Below, in pieces: positions 1 to 64,000 of a stretch of DNA of 64,000 nt. Location: NCBI RefSeq assembly GCF_009914755.1, contig NC_060936.1; one strand, 5' to 3'. The notes below the pieces were generated by a model that was not told the origin of the DNA, did not search any database, and saw only the letters and a list, made by a program, of their open reading frames with translations. How positions within the stretch are numbered: position 1 is the stretch's first letter; every line of letters starts with the position of its first letter. The stretch is from the human T2T-CHM13v2.0 reference genome, Homo sapiens. The position numbers and the translations under genes are program-made.

Positions 1-313
1 CATCTTTAAGTTCTCAGAGTTACCATTTGACTTGACACCATTTATACATGCCATGAAATCATTTCATTACTTGCTGCTAGTACTTTTTGGAGTAATAACA
101 TGTATAAATTTGGTCATAACTAGAGATACATCAAAATCTATCTGGCTTCCATTTCATCTCTTGAAATACCAGAAGACCAAATGCTTACTTCCTGGTACTT
201 TTGTATAAAAAACAATTACAAAATTGTGAAGGTTACTATCATTTTTCATCAGCACCATAAAATCAGTAATAAAGATAAGACATTATTCAGATCTACTATA
301 AAAAACTACATTG

Positions 314-3300
314 GAGAGGAGGTGGAGCATGATGACCAAGTAGAAGCCTCCACTGTTCATCCTCCCCTCAGGAACACCAAATGTGATAATGATCTACACA
401 AAAAGCACTTTCATAAGAACCAAAAATCAGCTTAGGTACCAGCTTGGCCGCAGTGGGGAGCAGCACCAAGCAGGCTCTTGTGGTCCCCGATTCCAGGCCT
501 TGGCTCTTGGGTGGCATTTCTGGACCTGCCCTGGGCTGGAAGAGAGCCCACTGCCCTGAAGGGTGAGTTCCAGGCCTGGCAGCACTCACCACAAGCTGAC
601 TGAAAGGTCCTTGGGCCTTAAGTGAATGTCGGCGGTAGCCAGGCACTACCTCCCATGGGCCTGTGGTAGTGGTGGAAATGAGGAGAGACCCCTCTGCCTG
701 GGGAAAGGGGAAGGAAGGGTGGGAAGGACTTTGTCTGGTGGTTTCAGCACCAGCTCAGCTGCAGTAGAATAGAGCATCAGGTAGATTTCTAAGGTGTCTG
801 ACTCCAGGCCCTGGCTCCTGGACAGCAGCATCTCTGGATCTGACTATGACCTGGGGGATCTTGCCACCCTGAAGGGAAGGTCACCAGCCTGGTTTGCTTT
901 GCCACCTGCTGACTGTTGAGCCCTACACCTTGAGCAAACATAGGTGGTGGCCAGGCAGTAGTTACAATGAGCTTTGGGTAAGACCCAGTGCTGTGCTAGC
1001 TTCAGGTCTGACCCAACACATTCCCAGTAGTGGTGGCCACAGAGATGCTTATATCACACCCCACCCCCAGCTCCAGGCAGCTTAGCACAGAGAAAGAGAG
1101 AGAGAGAGACTCCATATGGGAGAGAGTAAGGGAAGAGAACAAGAGCTTCTGCCTGCTAATCCTGAGAATTCTGGATTTTATCCAAGACCACCAAGGTAGT
1201 ACCTCTAAGAGTCTGCAATAGCTTCAGCATTACTGGGCATGGGGTGCCTCCTAGTGCAGATACAGCTGCAGCGACCAGAAACTTAGATCACAACACCAAA
1301 GTCCCTTTGAATACCTGGAAAGCCTTTCCAACAAGGATGGGTACAAACAAGCCCAGACTGCAAAAACTATAATAAATACCTAACTCTTCAATGCCCAGAC
1401 ACCGACAAACATCCACAAGCATCAAAACCATGCAGGAAAACATGACCTCACCAAACAAACTAAATAAGGCACTAGGGGGCCAATCCTGGACAGACAGAGA
1501 TATGTGGCCTTTCAGACAGAGAATTCAAAATAGCCGTGCTGAGGAAAGTCAACGAAATTCAAGATAACACAGAGAAGGAATTAGTATCTTATCAGATAAA
1601 GTTAACAAATAAATTGAAATAATTAAAAAGAAGCAGAAATTCTGGAGCTGAAAAATGCAACTGACATACTGAAGAATGTATCAGTCTTTTAATAGCAGAA
1701 TTGATCAAGCAGAAGAAAGAATTAGTGAGCTTAAAGACAGGTTGCTTGAAAATACACAGAGGAGGTGAAAAAAGAATAAAGAAGAATGAAGCATACTTTC
1801 GAGATCTAGAAGTAGCCTTTAAAGGGAAAAATCTAAGAGTTATTGGCCTTAAAGAGGAGGTAGAGAGAGACAGCAGTAGGAAGTTTATTCAAAAGTGTAA
1901 CAGAGAACTTCTCAAAGCTAGAGAAAATATCAATATTCAAGCACAAGGTTATAGAACACCAAGCAGATTTAACCCAAAGACTAACTCAAGTCATTTAATA
2001 TCAAACTCCCAAAGGTCAAGGATAAAGAAAGGATCCTAAAAGCAGCAAGAGAAAAGAAACAAATAACATACAATGGAGATCTAATAGATCTGGCAGCAGA
2101 CTTTTCAGTGGAAACCTTACAGGCCAGGAGAGCATGCCATGACATATTTAAAGTGAAGGAAAAAACCTTTTACCTGAGAGTAGTGTATCCAGAGAAAATG
2201 TCCTTCAAACCTAAAGGAGAAGACTTCCCAGTGAAACAAAAGCTGTGAAATTTCATTCACACCAGACCTACCTATAAGAAATGCTAAAGGGAGATCTTCA
2301 ATCTGAAAGAAAAGGACATTAATGAGGAAGAAATAATCGGAAGGTACAAAACTCACTGGTAATAGTAAGTACACAGAGAAACACAATATTATAGCAGTGT
2401 CATTATGGTATATAAACTACTTATATGATAAGTAGAAAGACGAAAAGATGAACCAATAAAAAATAAATACAACAACTTTTCAAGAGACAGTACAATAAGA
2501 TATAAATAGAAACAAGAAAAAGGTAAAAAGTGGGGAGATGAAGTTAAAGTTTAGAATTTTTATTAGCTTTCTTTTGGCTTATTTGTTTATGCAATCAGTG
2601 TTGTCATCAGTTTAAAATATTGCAAATAATAAGATATTATTTGCAAGCCTCATGGTAACCTCAAGTTTAAAAACATAAAATGGATGTACAAAAAATAAAA
2701 AGCAATAAACTAAAACACACCACCAGAGAAAATCACCTTCAATGAAAGAAAAAGAGGAAGGAAGAGAAGACCACAAAACAATGAGAAAACAAATAACGAA
2801 ATGGCAGGGGCAAGTCCTTAACAATAATAACACTGAAGGTAAATGGGCTGAACTCTCCAATCAAAAGACAAAGAGTAGCTGAATAATAAAACAAAACACT
2901 AAGAATCTGTTACCTACAAGAAACACACTTTACTTATAAAGGCAAATATAGACTGAAAACAAAGGGATGGAAAATTATATTCCATGCCGATGGAAACCAT
3001 AAAAGAGCAGGAATAGCCATACTTACATCAGACACAATAGCTTACAAGACAAAAACTATAAAAAGAGACAAAGAAAGTCATTATATAATGATAAAGGGGT
3101 TCATTCAGCAAGAGTATATAACAATTGTAAATATATATACACCCAATACTGGAGCACCCGGATATATAAAGCAAATATTATCAGAGCAAAAGAGAGAGAC
3201 AGATCCCTATACAATAATAGCCTGAGACTTCAACACCACACTTTCAGCAGTGGACAGGTCATCTAGACAGAAAATCAACAAAGAAACACTGAACTTAATC

Positions 3301-6300
3301 TGCACTATAGATCAAAAGGACCTAATAGATACTTACAGAACATTTCATCCAACATCTAAGGAATACACATCCTTCTCCTCAGCACATGGATCATTCCTCA
3401 AGGATAGACCACAAAACAAGGATAGGCCACAAAACAAGCCTTAAAACATTTTTTAAAAATTGAGACAATATAATGTATCTTCTCTGACCACAATGGAAAA
3501 AAAACTAGAAATCAGTAGCAAAAGGAATTTTGGAAACTCTACAAACATACAAATTAAAGAATATGCTCCTGAATGACTGGTAGGTTAATAAAGAAATCAA
3601 GAAGGAAATTGAAAATGTTCTTGAAACAAACGATAATGAAAACACAACACATCAAAACCTATGGGATACAGCAAAAGCAGTATTAAGAGGGAAGTCTATA
3701 GCTGTAAGTGCCCACATCAAAAAAGAAGAAAAACCTCAAATTAACAACTCAATGATGCTTCTTAAAAAACTAGAAAAGGGCAAACAAAACCCAAAGTTAG
3801 TAAGAGAAATGAAATAATAAAGATCAGAGCAGAAATAAATGAAATTGCAATGAAGAAAACAGTATAAAAGATCAACTGGTTTTCTGAAAAGATAAAATTA
3901 ACAAACCTTTAGCCGGACTAAGAAAAAAAGACAGAAGGCCCAAATAAATAAAATCAGAGGTAATAAAAGGAGACATTATAACCAATATTGCAGAAATTAA
4001 AGGATCATCAGAGACTACCATGAGCAACTGTATGCCAATAAATCGGAAAACATAGAAATGGATAAATCCCTAGATACATAAAACCTACCAAGATTGAACT
4101 ATATAGAAATCCAAAACCTGAACAGACCAATCACAGGTAATGAGATCAAATCTCTAATCAAAAGTCTCTCAGCAAAGAAAAGCCCAGGACCTGATGGCTT
4201 CACTGCTGAATTTTATCAAACATTTAAAGAAGAACTAATATCAATCCTACTCTAACGATTCCAGGAAATAGAGGAAGAGGGAATACTTCCAAACCCATTG
4301 TATGAGACCAATATCACTTTAATACCAAAACCATACAAAGAACCATCAAAAAAAGAAAACTACGGGCCAAAATCTCTGATTAATGTTAATGCAAAAATCC
4401 TCAACAAAATACTAGCAAACTGAATTCAATAACACATTAAAAAGATTATTCATCATGACCAAATAGGATTTATCTCAGGGATGCAAAGATAGTTCAACGT
4501 AGCAAATCAATGTGATACGTCATATCAACACAATGAAGGGGAAAAATCATATGATCATCTCATCTCCATAGATGCGGGAAAATCATTTGGTAAAATTCAA
4601 CATACCTTCATGATAAAAACCTTCAAATAAACTGGGTATAGAAGGAACATTAATCAACATAAAGAAGCTATATACAGCAAATGCACAAGCAGTATCATAC
4701 TGAGTGAGAAAACACTGAAAGCCTTTCTTCTAAGACCTGGGAAATGACAAGGATGCTCACTTTTTACCACATTATTCAACATAGTACTGGAAATCCTAAA
4801 TAGAGCAATCAGACAAGAGAAAGAAAGAAAGGGCATCCAAATTTGAAAGGAAGAGGCCAAATTATCATTGTTTGCAGATGATATGATCTTATATTTAGAA
4901 AAACCTAAAGTCTCCACCAAAAAAAAAACTATTAGAACTGATAAATTCAGTAATGTTGTAGGATACAAAATCATACAAAAATCATTAACGTTTCTATATG
5001 CCAACAGAGAACAACCTGAGAAAGAAAATTTAAAAAGTAATTCCATTTACAGTAGCCACACATAAAATTAAATACCTAGAAATTAACCAAAGAAATGAAA
5101 GATCTCTAGAATGAAAGCTATACAAAACTGGAGAAAGAAATTGAAGAAGATACAAAAAATGGAAAGCTATTCCATGTTCAAGCATTGGAAGAATCAATAC
5201 TGTTAAAATGTCCATACTATTCAAAGCAATCTACAGATTCAATGCAATCCCCATCAAACTACTAATGATATTCCTCACAGAGATAGAAAAAACTATCCTT
5301 ATTTATTCGAAAACACAAAAGACCTAGAATAGCCAAAGCTACCCTGAGCAAGAAGAACAAAACTGAAGGAATCACAATACCTGACTTCAAATTATATTAC
5401 AGAAGTATAGTAACCAAAACATCATGGTACTGCCATAAAAACAGACACACAGACCAGTGGAACAGAATGGAGAACCCAGAAAGAAATCCATACATCTACA
5501 GTAAACTCATTTTTTACAGCAGTCCCAAAAACATACACTGGGGAAAGGGCAATCTCTTCAATAAATGGTGTTGGGAAAACTGAATATCCATATGCAGAAG
5601 AATGAATCTACACCCCTATCTCTTGCCATATACAAAACTCAAATCCAAATGGATTAAAGCCTTAAATCTAAGACCTCAAACTCTGAAATTACTACAAGAA
5701 AACTTTGGGGAAACTCTCCAGGACTTTGGTTTGGAAAAAGATTTCTTGAGTAAATACCTGGGAAGCACAGGCAACCAAAGCAAAAATGAACAAATGGGTT
5801 CACATCAAGTGTAAAAGCTTCTGCACAGCAAAGGAAACAATCAGCAAAGTGAAGAGACAACCCAAAGAATAAGCAAAAATATTTGCAAACTACCAATCTG
5901 ACAAGGAATTAATAACCAGAATATATAAGGAGCTCAAACAACAAATCTAAAAATCTACTTTAAAAATGGTCAAAAGATCTGAATAGACATTTCTCGAAAG
6001 AAAACATACAAGTGGCAAACAGGCACATGAAAAGGTGCTCAACATCACTGATCATCAGAGAAATGCAAATCAAAACTACAGTGAAATAGCATCTCACTCC
6101 AGTTAAAATGGCTATTATTCAAAAGACAGGCAATAACAAATGGCTGTTATCCAAAAGACAGGAAACGATGTGGAGAAAAGGGAACTCTCATACACTTTTG
6201 GTGAAAATGTAAATTAGCACAACCACTATGTAGAAGAGTTTGGAGGTTCCTCAAAAAACTAAAAATAGAGTTACAAAATGATCCAGCAATCCTACTCTTA

Positions 6301-6972
6301 GATATATACCCCAAAGAAAGGAAATAAATATTTAGAAGAGGTATCTGCACTCCCATGTTTATTGCAGCACTTCTCACAATAGTCTAGATTTGGAAGCAAC
6401 CTAAGTGTCCATCAACAGGTGAATGGATAAAGAAAATGTGGTATGTAGACATAACGCAGTGCTATTCAGCCATAAAAACGAATGAGAACCTGTCATAAAA
6501 AAAGAATGAGATCCTATCCATAACATGGATGGAACTGGAGGTCATTACATTAATTGAAATAAGCCAGGTACAGAAAGACAAACTTTGCAGGTTCTTACTT
6601 GTGGGAGCTAAAAATTAAAAGAGTTGAACTCATGGAGATCAAGAATAGAATGATGGTTACCAGAGGCTGGGAAGGATAGTGAGGGGGTGGAGGGGAAGTG
6701 AGGATGGTTAATGTGCACAAACAAAATAGAATGGATAAGATGTAGTGTTTGGTAACACAGAAGGGTGACTATAGTCAACAAAATTTTACTGCACATTTAA
6801 AAATAACTGAGAGAGTATAACTGGATTGTTTGTAACACGAAGGATCAATGCTTCAGGTGATGGATACTCCATTTACCCTGATGTGATGATTACACATTGT
6901 ATGCCTGTATCAAAATATCCCATCTACCCCATAAATATATACACCTGCTCTGTACCCACATAAATTAAAAAC
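314..6972 (+). mobile_element. Near-full-length old LINE-1 (L1MA1-3-like 3' end), ORF1/ORF2 heavily disrupted
   Basis: GC-rich 5'UTR ~314-1390; ORF1 remnants (GYRTPSRFNPK); ORF2 remnants (DLIDTYRTFHP; FADDMILYLEKP RT motif at ~4870); L1MA-type 3'UTR ending cccacataaattaaaaa. No clean TSD. Confidence 0.88.
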
Positions 6973-7142
6973 TTTAAGAACCCTGAGTGTTTACCTTCCA
7001 GTATAACTAAGCATTCTAAGTGCAACTTTGAATGAAAATTTCTTTATATGCCTCAAATTTGAAAATATGTAAGCTAGTCAAAGAATGTGTATTTATTATT
7101 GGAGACTCAATAATTTATGATGACAAGCTGTTAAGCTAGAGA

Positions 7143-7328
7143 AGTGGTTCTCAGGCAGGCATGATTTTGCTCCCTAGGGAGCACTATCAACTTCTGGAGA
7201 CACTTTTCGATGTCATGCTATGGGGAGGAGGGAGGAGATGCTGTTGGCATCTTGTAGATAGAGGCCAAGGATTTCTTGTAATACATAGGACAGCCTCAAT
7301 GTCAACTGTGCTAAGGTTGGGAAATGCT
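7143..7328. mobile_element. MER20-like hAT-Charlie DNA transposon relic
   Basis: agtggttctc...gattttgctccctaggg...tggagacactttt...ggcatct..gtagaggcca pattern. Confidence 0.65.
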
Positions 7329-9023
7329 GAGCAAGAAGAATTGAAAGCCCAGGGCCAGGGTCTTCCAAAAAAAACTAGGCACACCTGTCCAGCAAGAGCT
7401 GGACCCACTGAGTTGTCATCTATGGCAGACGGAGAGGAAGAAATACCCTCCCACTCCACTTTCTGTCTTTTTGGCTGTGAAGTAAATGAGCATTAACAAG
7501 GAAAAATCAGATATTTTCCTATCACTGTATGGAAGTCTCCATTTAGCCTACTATACAGATTAGAAAAAGGTATTCCCCTGACCTGACAGAGCCCCATTAT
7601 ACATGGCTTGATGAGTGGACCACAAGCTGGATTTAAGCTTTCACTTATCCTCTCAATTGGTCACCTTTGTGCAGTGCACAAACTATACAACCGTATATGG
7701 CAGACCTCAATATAAGCACTAGTTCCACTAATACTACAAAACTTCATACAGCTTTTAATATGTGGTAACCATGAGATAACTCATAATAAGGGTAGTTAAA
7801 AGGAGAATAAGACAGATTAAAAAGAAGATCAAAGAAGAGGCATCTAAAAGTGAGACAGGGGTTTGTGGCAGTTATCTTAGAAGGATAAGTTGCCAAATGT
7901 AGGCTCTCTGTCAGGAACCCAATACAAACACTGGAACAAAGAAAGACACAAGAAAAGATTAAAAGGGCAGCTATTTTTAAAAGCTTGGGAAAAATAGCTA
8001 TAACTGGGGAGGGGCAAGGGAGAGTAAAGAAAGGGAGTGATTACCTTGAGCTCCTATGTGGAAAAAGTCAGTTGGGGATTACTTTTAAAATTCTAATTAA
8101 ACTGGCTTGGCAGTTTAACGAGGCACTGTCACCTACACCCTTTGAAAGCTATAGACCAAGTATCTTACTTAAAGCTTATAAAGATTTACCTTAATGAAGG
8201 TTAATTAGCAAAAAAGTGGCTATCAAATAAGAAATAAAAGGAAACAAGCTCAGGAGTCATAAGAAAATTTAAATAAATCATAGTGAAGAACTTGTACCAG
8301 AGTAAGTTTCTAAATATTAAAAATAATCTTTGATTTACAAATTTAGTTACAGAAAATGTTATAGACTTATTCTCTGGAAAGGTATTTAAAAATATCTATC
8401 TGCTTGAGGTAGTTCTGAATAAAAACAGGAAGAAAAGAAGGTAAGCTAAAAAGAAAATTTTGGAGTATTTAAAAGTAGGATGTATACTATCTCTGTGAGA
8501 TGATTTAGTGAAGAAAATAGAATATCCAAGATTTTAACTCTTCTGCCAATGACCTGTTTTACAGAATTAGAGGAGACAGCACTGATTGCAGTGACAGAAG
8601 CGGTGCTGGTTAACTCCCCACCATCAAAAGTATCTTCTGCTGTAGCCTGGCACAAGGTGTGAAATTTCATTTTTAAAGACTTACTTCTTTGATTTGTCAT
8701 TGTTATGGTTAAAATGCTATAATGCTGTCTGAGAGTTAAAGGACATAACTTATGAAAAATCATTAATTTCCTGGTGCTAATTTAAATTCTTTGATAATTA
8801 TCTGGGAGGGGCTTAAAGGGGGTGCAAAATTGCCTTTTGGAAGGGTTTAATTGATAGACATTGCAATAGTCTGCTCAAAGTCTGTGAGAGTATGAATGCC
8901 TATTTGTAAATCTGTCATACACACATACACACATATATCAGAAATGACAATAATTATATATAGTATACACAAATGTGTCTGTATGTTTGTATAAAACTAG
9001 CATATAACCAAATACCTACATAC

Positions 9024-54950
<45,927 letters not shown>

Positions 54951-55211
54951 CTGTAAAAAAAAAAAAAAAAAAAACAGAGAATACAATCAAAATTCATGTA
55001 AAATACAGTGAGTTTTTCACAAAATTACCTCAGAATTTAAAATCACAGTTTTCTATATTTAAAACATCATAGTACTAAACCATACCCATGTGGTTGAAGT
55101 TTAAATCCTGAATGTATAATTCTAAAAAGTGTACGTATAAATTAATCTCAATTGTATAATTTGTTATAGCTAAAATACTTTCTAAATAAAATACATAAGG
55201 TGTGAACATAA

Positions 55212-55501
55212 TTTTTTTTTTGAGATGGGATCTTGCTCTGTTGCCCAGGCTGGAGTGCAGTGTCGAAATCTCAGCTTACAGCAACCTCCGCCTCCTGGGT
55301 TCCAACGATTCTCCTGCCTCAGGCTCCCAAGTAGCTCGGATTACAGGCGCGTGCTGCCACACCCGGCTAATTTTTTTACTTTTAGCAGAGACAGGGTTTT
55401 ACCATGTTGGCTAAGCTAGTCTCGAACTCCTGACCTCGTGATCCACCCGCCTTGGCCTCCCAAAGTGCTGAGATTACAGGCGTGAGCCACTGTGCCCAGC
55501 C
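55212..55501 (-). mobile_element. AluS
   Basis: Full dimer. Confidence 0.92.
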
Positions 55502-55754
55502 ACATAAAATCATTTTTAAGAAACAGACTAGCACTTTAGAGTCTAGATCACATCCTTTGAATACTCTGAATAAAAGCAAATTTTTATCTTTTGAAATTGG
55601 ATTTAAGGGACTGAGAGATGAAGATGAGATTCTAACAGTTTCATGTAGCATTAACTTAGAACTGTCTAAACTACTGCAAATATTCTTTACTTGAGTCCCA
55701 GAGAAGCAATAATGCAGAATACAAAAATCAGATGAAAGATAAAAACCATTTCTT

Positions 55755-56074
55755 TTGTTGTTGTTATTGTTGTTGTTGTTTTGTTTTGTTTTGAGACAGA
55801 GTCTTGCTCTGTCACCCAGGCTGGAGTGCAGTGGCGCGATCTCGGCTCACTGCAACCTCTGCCTCCCTGGTTCAAGCCGATTCTTCTGCCTCAGCCTCCC
55901 GAGTAGCTGGGATTACAGGCACATGCCACCACACCTGGCGATTTTTGTATTTTTAGTAGAGACGGTGCTTCACCATGTTGGCCAGGCTGGTCTCAAACTC
56001 CTGACTTCAAGTGATCCGGCCACCTCAGCCTCCCAAAGTGCTGGGATTACAGGCGTGAGCCACCGCACCCGGCC
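55755..56074 (-). mobile_element. AluSx-like with (TTG)n tail; TSD aaaaaccatttctt
   Basis: TSD at 55741-55754 and 56075-56088. Confidence 0.95.
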
Positions 56075-56506
56075 AAAAACCATTTCTTAAATTGCCTTTT
56101 TGTGATCATGTCTGTGTATGAGAATGCAGATGCTCAATCCCACATCTGTGTAGCGTTTCTATGCTTCCATTTATCTTCCCTCCATACACCACTTCCCTAG
56201 CCTAACACATTCTAAGCACCATGAGGACAGGGACAGGTTCTTTATCTGTCTTGTTCATTACTATATCCCCAGCTTCACACTTGGAAGATTAATAAATACT
56301 GGTTGAATTAATGAAGAAAGGAAGAAAACAGCAGAGGAAAGCTCATGGGAAATGATTTACCATTTAATAAAGTTTCACTCAGAAAATACAAAGGATGAAC
56401 TTCAAAGAGGAAGAAATTGAAAGAAAGAATGTGTGAGTAGCAAGGACCAATTGTCAATGGAGGAACTGGGGAAATGTGGATAAATCAAAGTAAGATGAGT
56501 TGGTGA

Positions 56507-62645
<6,139 letters not shown>

Positions 62646-62745
62646 AATCAAAGTAAGATTTGACAACAGAAATAATAATGATGGCAGCTGTGAGGGGTAA
62701 CAGGAGTACTAAATGATGGTAATAACATGTAAGATATGAAAGGAT

Positions 62746-64000
62746 GGAGAGAGGTTCCAAGATGGCTGAATAGGAACAGCTCCAGTCTACAGCTCCCAGC
62801 ACGAGCGACACAGAAGACGGGTGATTTCTGCATTTCCAACTGAAGTACTGGGTTCATCTCACTGGGGCTTGTCCAATAGTGGGTGCAGCCCACGGAGCAG
62901 GGTGGGGCATCACCTCACCCGGGAAGCACAAAGGGTTGGGGAATTCCCTTTCCTAGCCAAGGGAAGCCGTGATAGACAGTACCTGGAAAATCCGGACACT
63001 CCCACCCTAATACGGCACTTTTCCAACGGTCTTAGCAAACGGCACACCAGGAGATTATATCCCGCACATGGCTCGGAAGGTCCCATGCCCATGGAGCCTC
63101 ACTCACTGCTAGCACAGCAGTCTGAGATCCAACTGCAAGGCGGCAGTGAGGCTGGTGGAGGGGCGTCCACCATTACTGAGGCTTGAGTAGGTAAACAAAG
63201 CAGCCAGGAAGCTCGAACAGGGGGGAGCCCACCGCAGCTCAAGGAGGCCTGCCTGCCTCTGTAGACTCCACCTCTGGGGGCAGGACGTTGCCAAACAAAA
63301 GGCAGCAGAATCCTCTGCAGACTTAAATGTCCCTGTCTGACAGCTTTGAAGAGACTAGTGGTTCTCCCAGCACGCAGCTGGAGATCTAACAACAGACAGA
63401 CTGCCTGCTCAAGTGGGTCCCTGACCTCCGAGTAGCATAACTGGGAGGCACCCCCCAGTAGGGGCAGACTGACACCTCACACAGCCGGGTACTCCTCTGA
63501 GACAAAACTTCCAGAGGAATGATCAGGCAGCAACATTTGCTGTTCACCAATATCCACTGCTCTGCAGCATCCACTGCTGATACCAACGCAAACAGGGTCT
63601 GGAGTGGACCTCCAGCAAACTCCAACAGACCTGCAGCTGAGGGTCCTGACTGTTAGAAGGAAAACTAACAAACAGAAAGGACACCCACACCAAAATCCCA
63701 TCTATACGTCACCATCATCAAAGACCAAAGGGAGATAAAACCACAAAGATGGGGAGAAACCAGAGAAAAAAAGCTGAAAATTCTAAAAACCGGCGTGCCT
63801 CTTCTCCTCCAAAGGAGCATAGCTCCTTGCCAGCAACAGAGCAAAGCTGGAAGGAGAATGACTTTGACAAGTTGAGAGAAGGTTTCAGACGATCGGTTAC
63901 AACAAACTTCTCCAAGCTAAAGGAGGGTGTTCGAACCCATCGCAAAGAAGCTAAAAACCTTGAAAAAAGATCAGATGAATGGCTAAGTAGAATAAACAGT
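62746..64000 (+). mobile_element. Second L1PA (L1PA5/6-like 5' end): 5'UTR and ORF1 start, running off the window
   Basis: ggttccaagatggctgaatagg start; ORF1 atggggagaaaccag at 63749. Confidence 0.92.

Noticed and set aside
3400-6520. Small tandem duplications inside the L1MA (3400-3438, 6119-6162, 6471-6518); a similar one at 52878-52903
   Set aside because: Ordinary slippage duplications with no wider structure.

Overview
Primate (human-like) genomic DNA from inside the DPY19L2 gene on the minus strand. DPY19L2 is a dpy-19-like multi-pass membrane protein of the C-mannosyltransferase family, linked to globozoospermia. I traced 13 consecutive coding exons (exons 7-19 by my recollection of the reference numbering). 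All have canonical AG/GT splice sites and splice into 1,097 nt of uninterrupted reading frame, which favours the functional gene over its pseudogene paralogues. The flanking exons lie outside the window. The rest is repeat-rich intron: an old near-full-length L1MA-type element, a full-length L1PA4-like element followed ~90 bp later by a second L1PA, several truncated or inverted L1s, 18 Alus, an MLT1A LTR, Tigger/MER/MARNA DNA transposon relics, MIR/L2/CR1 fragments and simple repeats. I found no new enzymatic or defence system. The most interesting unexplained structures are: (1) a 444-bp tract with 2 mismatches between two otherwise divergent tandem L1 5'UTRs, which looks like gene conversion; (2) a TSD-flanked, polyadenylated LTR10-like retrocopy; (3) L1 ORF0 splice donors in phase with the first exon in the window; (4) a shared non-consensus double substitution between two L1s 40 kb apart; (5) a higher-order repeat of a 24-mer alternating with (TG)n. 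Repeat subfamily names and gene numbering come from memory of consensus sequences, not from database searches.
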